A program made the position numbers and the translations under genes. A stretch of DNA of 6,275 bases from Thermoplasmata archaeon. Lineage in GTDB: Archaea > Thermoplasmatota > Penumbrarchaeia > JAEHCK01 > GCA-020356005. Positions 5,374 to 6,275 of the stretch are shown here, piece after piece. The DNA is taken from NCBI GenBank assembly GCA_020356005.1, contig CP070629.1, forward strand, positions 268,962 to 275,236. Reading direction: 5' to 3'. Under the pieces are notes generated by a model. That model was not told where the DNA came from and searched no databases. It worked only from the letters and a program-made list of their open reading frames with translations. Position 1 is the first letter of the stretch. Each line of letters begins with the position of its first letter.

Positions 5374-5379
5374 TGATTT

Positions 5380-6275
5380 CTAACCGCTTTCGTCTGATTT
5401 CTCAACTTTCGGTTTTGGTTCCTGTACTTCTTCTGCAACAGGTTCTGCCGGTGCTGCTGTGGGTGTGGGTGTAGGGGTCGGTGTTGGGGTAGGAGTGGGT
5501 GTTGGAGTTGGAGCGGGTGTGGGCGTGGGTGTGGGTGCTGGCGTCGGGGTTGGTTCCGCTGGTGCTGGCGCTGCAGGTAAAGCCTCAACGGCTACTGCGG
5601 GTTCCGGTGTCGGTGTGGGCGTAGATACTAGTTTTGCTGCGGGAGGTTCTCCAGCTGCTGCTTCGGGCTCACCCCCCTCCTCCACGGGTGTGGGTGTTTC
5701 TGTTGATGGTGGGGGCAGCTCCGTCGGGGCTGGCATTGCTGGCAACTCCACAGGTTTCGGTATACCCTCGGGCATAGCTGCCTCGCCGCCTTCGGCACCC
5801 TCAACTGCTGGCACAGGTGTTGGGACTTCACCTAGTGCGGCTGGCGCTTCCACCTCTGCCCCGGGTTCGATTCGGGGTTCCGCACCCTCAGTCACACCCT
5901 CTTTCTTGGCGGCCTCATCTTTCTTCTTCTTCAAAACGAATCCAACAAGTGCTAAAATAACAATTATCACAATAATAATTACCGCGAGGTATAAGGCAGT
6001 ATTTTCGTCCGCTCCTTCTTTTTCCGATGTATCCTTTTTGGTATCATCGTCATCGGTTGTTTTAGGGTTGTAAACATTGACGAGGACATATGATTCATTA
6101 GAATACACCCTTCCATCGTATGATCTGATAGATATATTGTGCAAACCATTTGAGAGCTTTGATGTATCCAGTGTATATTTCCAGTTGATCGTGCCCGACG
6201 CTTCTGTCCATTCGCCGTCATCCACTTTAATCTGTACAACTGCTATACCATCATCCGGGTCAAAGGCCTTCCCCT
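5380..6275 (-). CDS. C-terminal part of a membrane-anchored surface protein: Ig-like domain, acidic stalk, one TM helix, then a Pro/Glu/Ala/Thr-rich tail of about 180 aa with a (TP)n run; the 5' end lies outside the window
   Basis: The track start at 6225 is a GTG inside an open frame. I translated 6226-6273 on the minus strand as GKAFDPDDGIAVVQIK with no stop, so the CDS continues past the window edge. DPDDGIAVVQIKVDDGEWTEASGTINWKYTLDTSKLSNGLHNISIRSYD resembles Ig-like repeats of archaeal and bacterial surface proteins. The TM helix ALYLAVIIIVIIVILALVGFVL (nt 5932-5997) is followed by KKKKDEAAKK. The low-complexity tail spans nt 5383-5931. The stop is TAG (complement of 5380-5382). Confidence 0.8.
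   Translation of the reverse strand, partial: GKAFDPDDGIAVVQIKVDDGEWTEASGTINWKYTLDTSKLSNGLHNISIRSYDGRVYSNESYVLVNVYNPKTTDDDDTKKDTSEKEGADENTALYLAVIIIVIIVILALVGFVLKKKKDEAAKKEGVTEGAEPRIEPGAEVEAPAALGEVPTPVPAVEGAEGGEAAMPEGIPKPVELPAMPAPTELPPPSTETPTPVEEGGEPEAAAGEPPAAKLVSTPTPTPEPAVAVEALPAAPAPAEPTPTPAPTPTPTPAPTPTPTPTPTPTPTPTPTAAPAEPVAEEVQEPKPKVEKSDESG
5458..5553 (-). repeat. Coding (Thr-Pro)n / (Ala-Pro) dipeptide repeat within the surface-protein tail
   Basis: It encodes PTPTPAPTPTPTPAPTPTPTPTPTPTPTPTPT. At the nucleotide level it is (ACN CCN)n with mixed synonymous codons: ACA/ACC/ACT/ACG for Thr and CCC/CCT/CCG/CCA for Pro. The longest perfect nucleotide periodicity is only about 12 nt. Confidence 0.9.

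Noticed and set aside
5274-5588. 104-aa minus-strand ORF (HPHPRPHP..., His/Pro/Gln-rich)
   Set aside because: It is an alternative frame of the same (ACN CCN)n repeat and runs into the intergenic spacer. It is low complexity only and overlaps the better-supported frame.
5459-6073. 204-aa plus-strand ORF (GVGVGV..., Gly/Ser/Ala-rich)
   Set aside because: It is the antisense shadow of the Pro/Thr/Glu/Ala-rich tail of the minus-strand surface-protein gene. The minus frame carries a coherent Ig-like domain, TM helix and KKKK architecture, whereas the plus frame is pure low complexity.
5628-6239. Minus-strand ORFs 5628-5831 and 5979-6239 in other frames of the surface-protein gene
   Set aside because: Both overlap the main 5380-6275 frame and have no recognisable motifs. 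They are typical shadow ORFs.

Overview
This window looks like ordinary chromosomal DNA of an archaeon, probably a methanogen- or ANME-type euryarchaeon. That is inferred from TATA-like boxes about 25 nt upstream of start codons, oligo-T runs after stop codons, no clear Shine-Dalgarno sites, an MJ0042-type zinc ribbon, a single-domain KaiC-like ATPase and a Thr/Pro-rich surface protein. Six CDSs are supported. (1) A small zinc-ribbon protein at 13-336 (+), possibly truncated by the left edge. (2) A diverged class II aldolase-like protein at 850-1467 (+) that lacks the metal-binding histidines. (3) Its stop overlaps the start (ATGA) of mtnA, methylthioribose-1-phosphate isomerase, at 1464-2498 (+). 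(4) A single-domain KaiC/RecA-superfamily ATPase at 2641-3348 (-). (5) Arginyl-tRNA synthetase argS at 3471-5243 (+). (6) The C-terminal part of a membrane-anchored Ig-like surface protein with a long Pro/Glu/Ala/Thr-rich tail containing a (TP)n run, at 5380-6275 (-), open at the right edge. The main signal not explained by genes is a GC-rich, dyad-symmetric element of about 245 bp at 381-625 (axis 499/500). It consists of 3+3 inverted 25-bp iterons with core TCGTCTCG plus outer GCGARGGGCGTA boxes. A solo partial copy lies at 2538-2587, so the two copies bracket the aldolase-like/mtnA operon. The aldolase-like ORF also drops abruptly from about 50 to about 30 percent GC at nt ~1200. I recognise no CRISPR array, transposase, defence system, tRNA or rRNA. 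All homology calls rest on motifs recognised by eye and need database confirmation.
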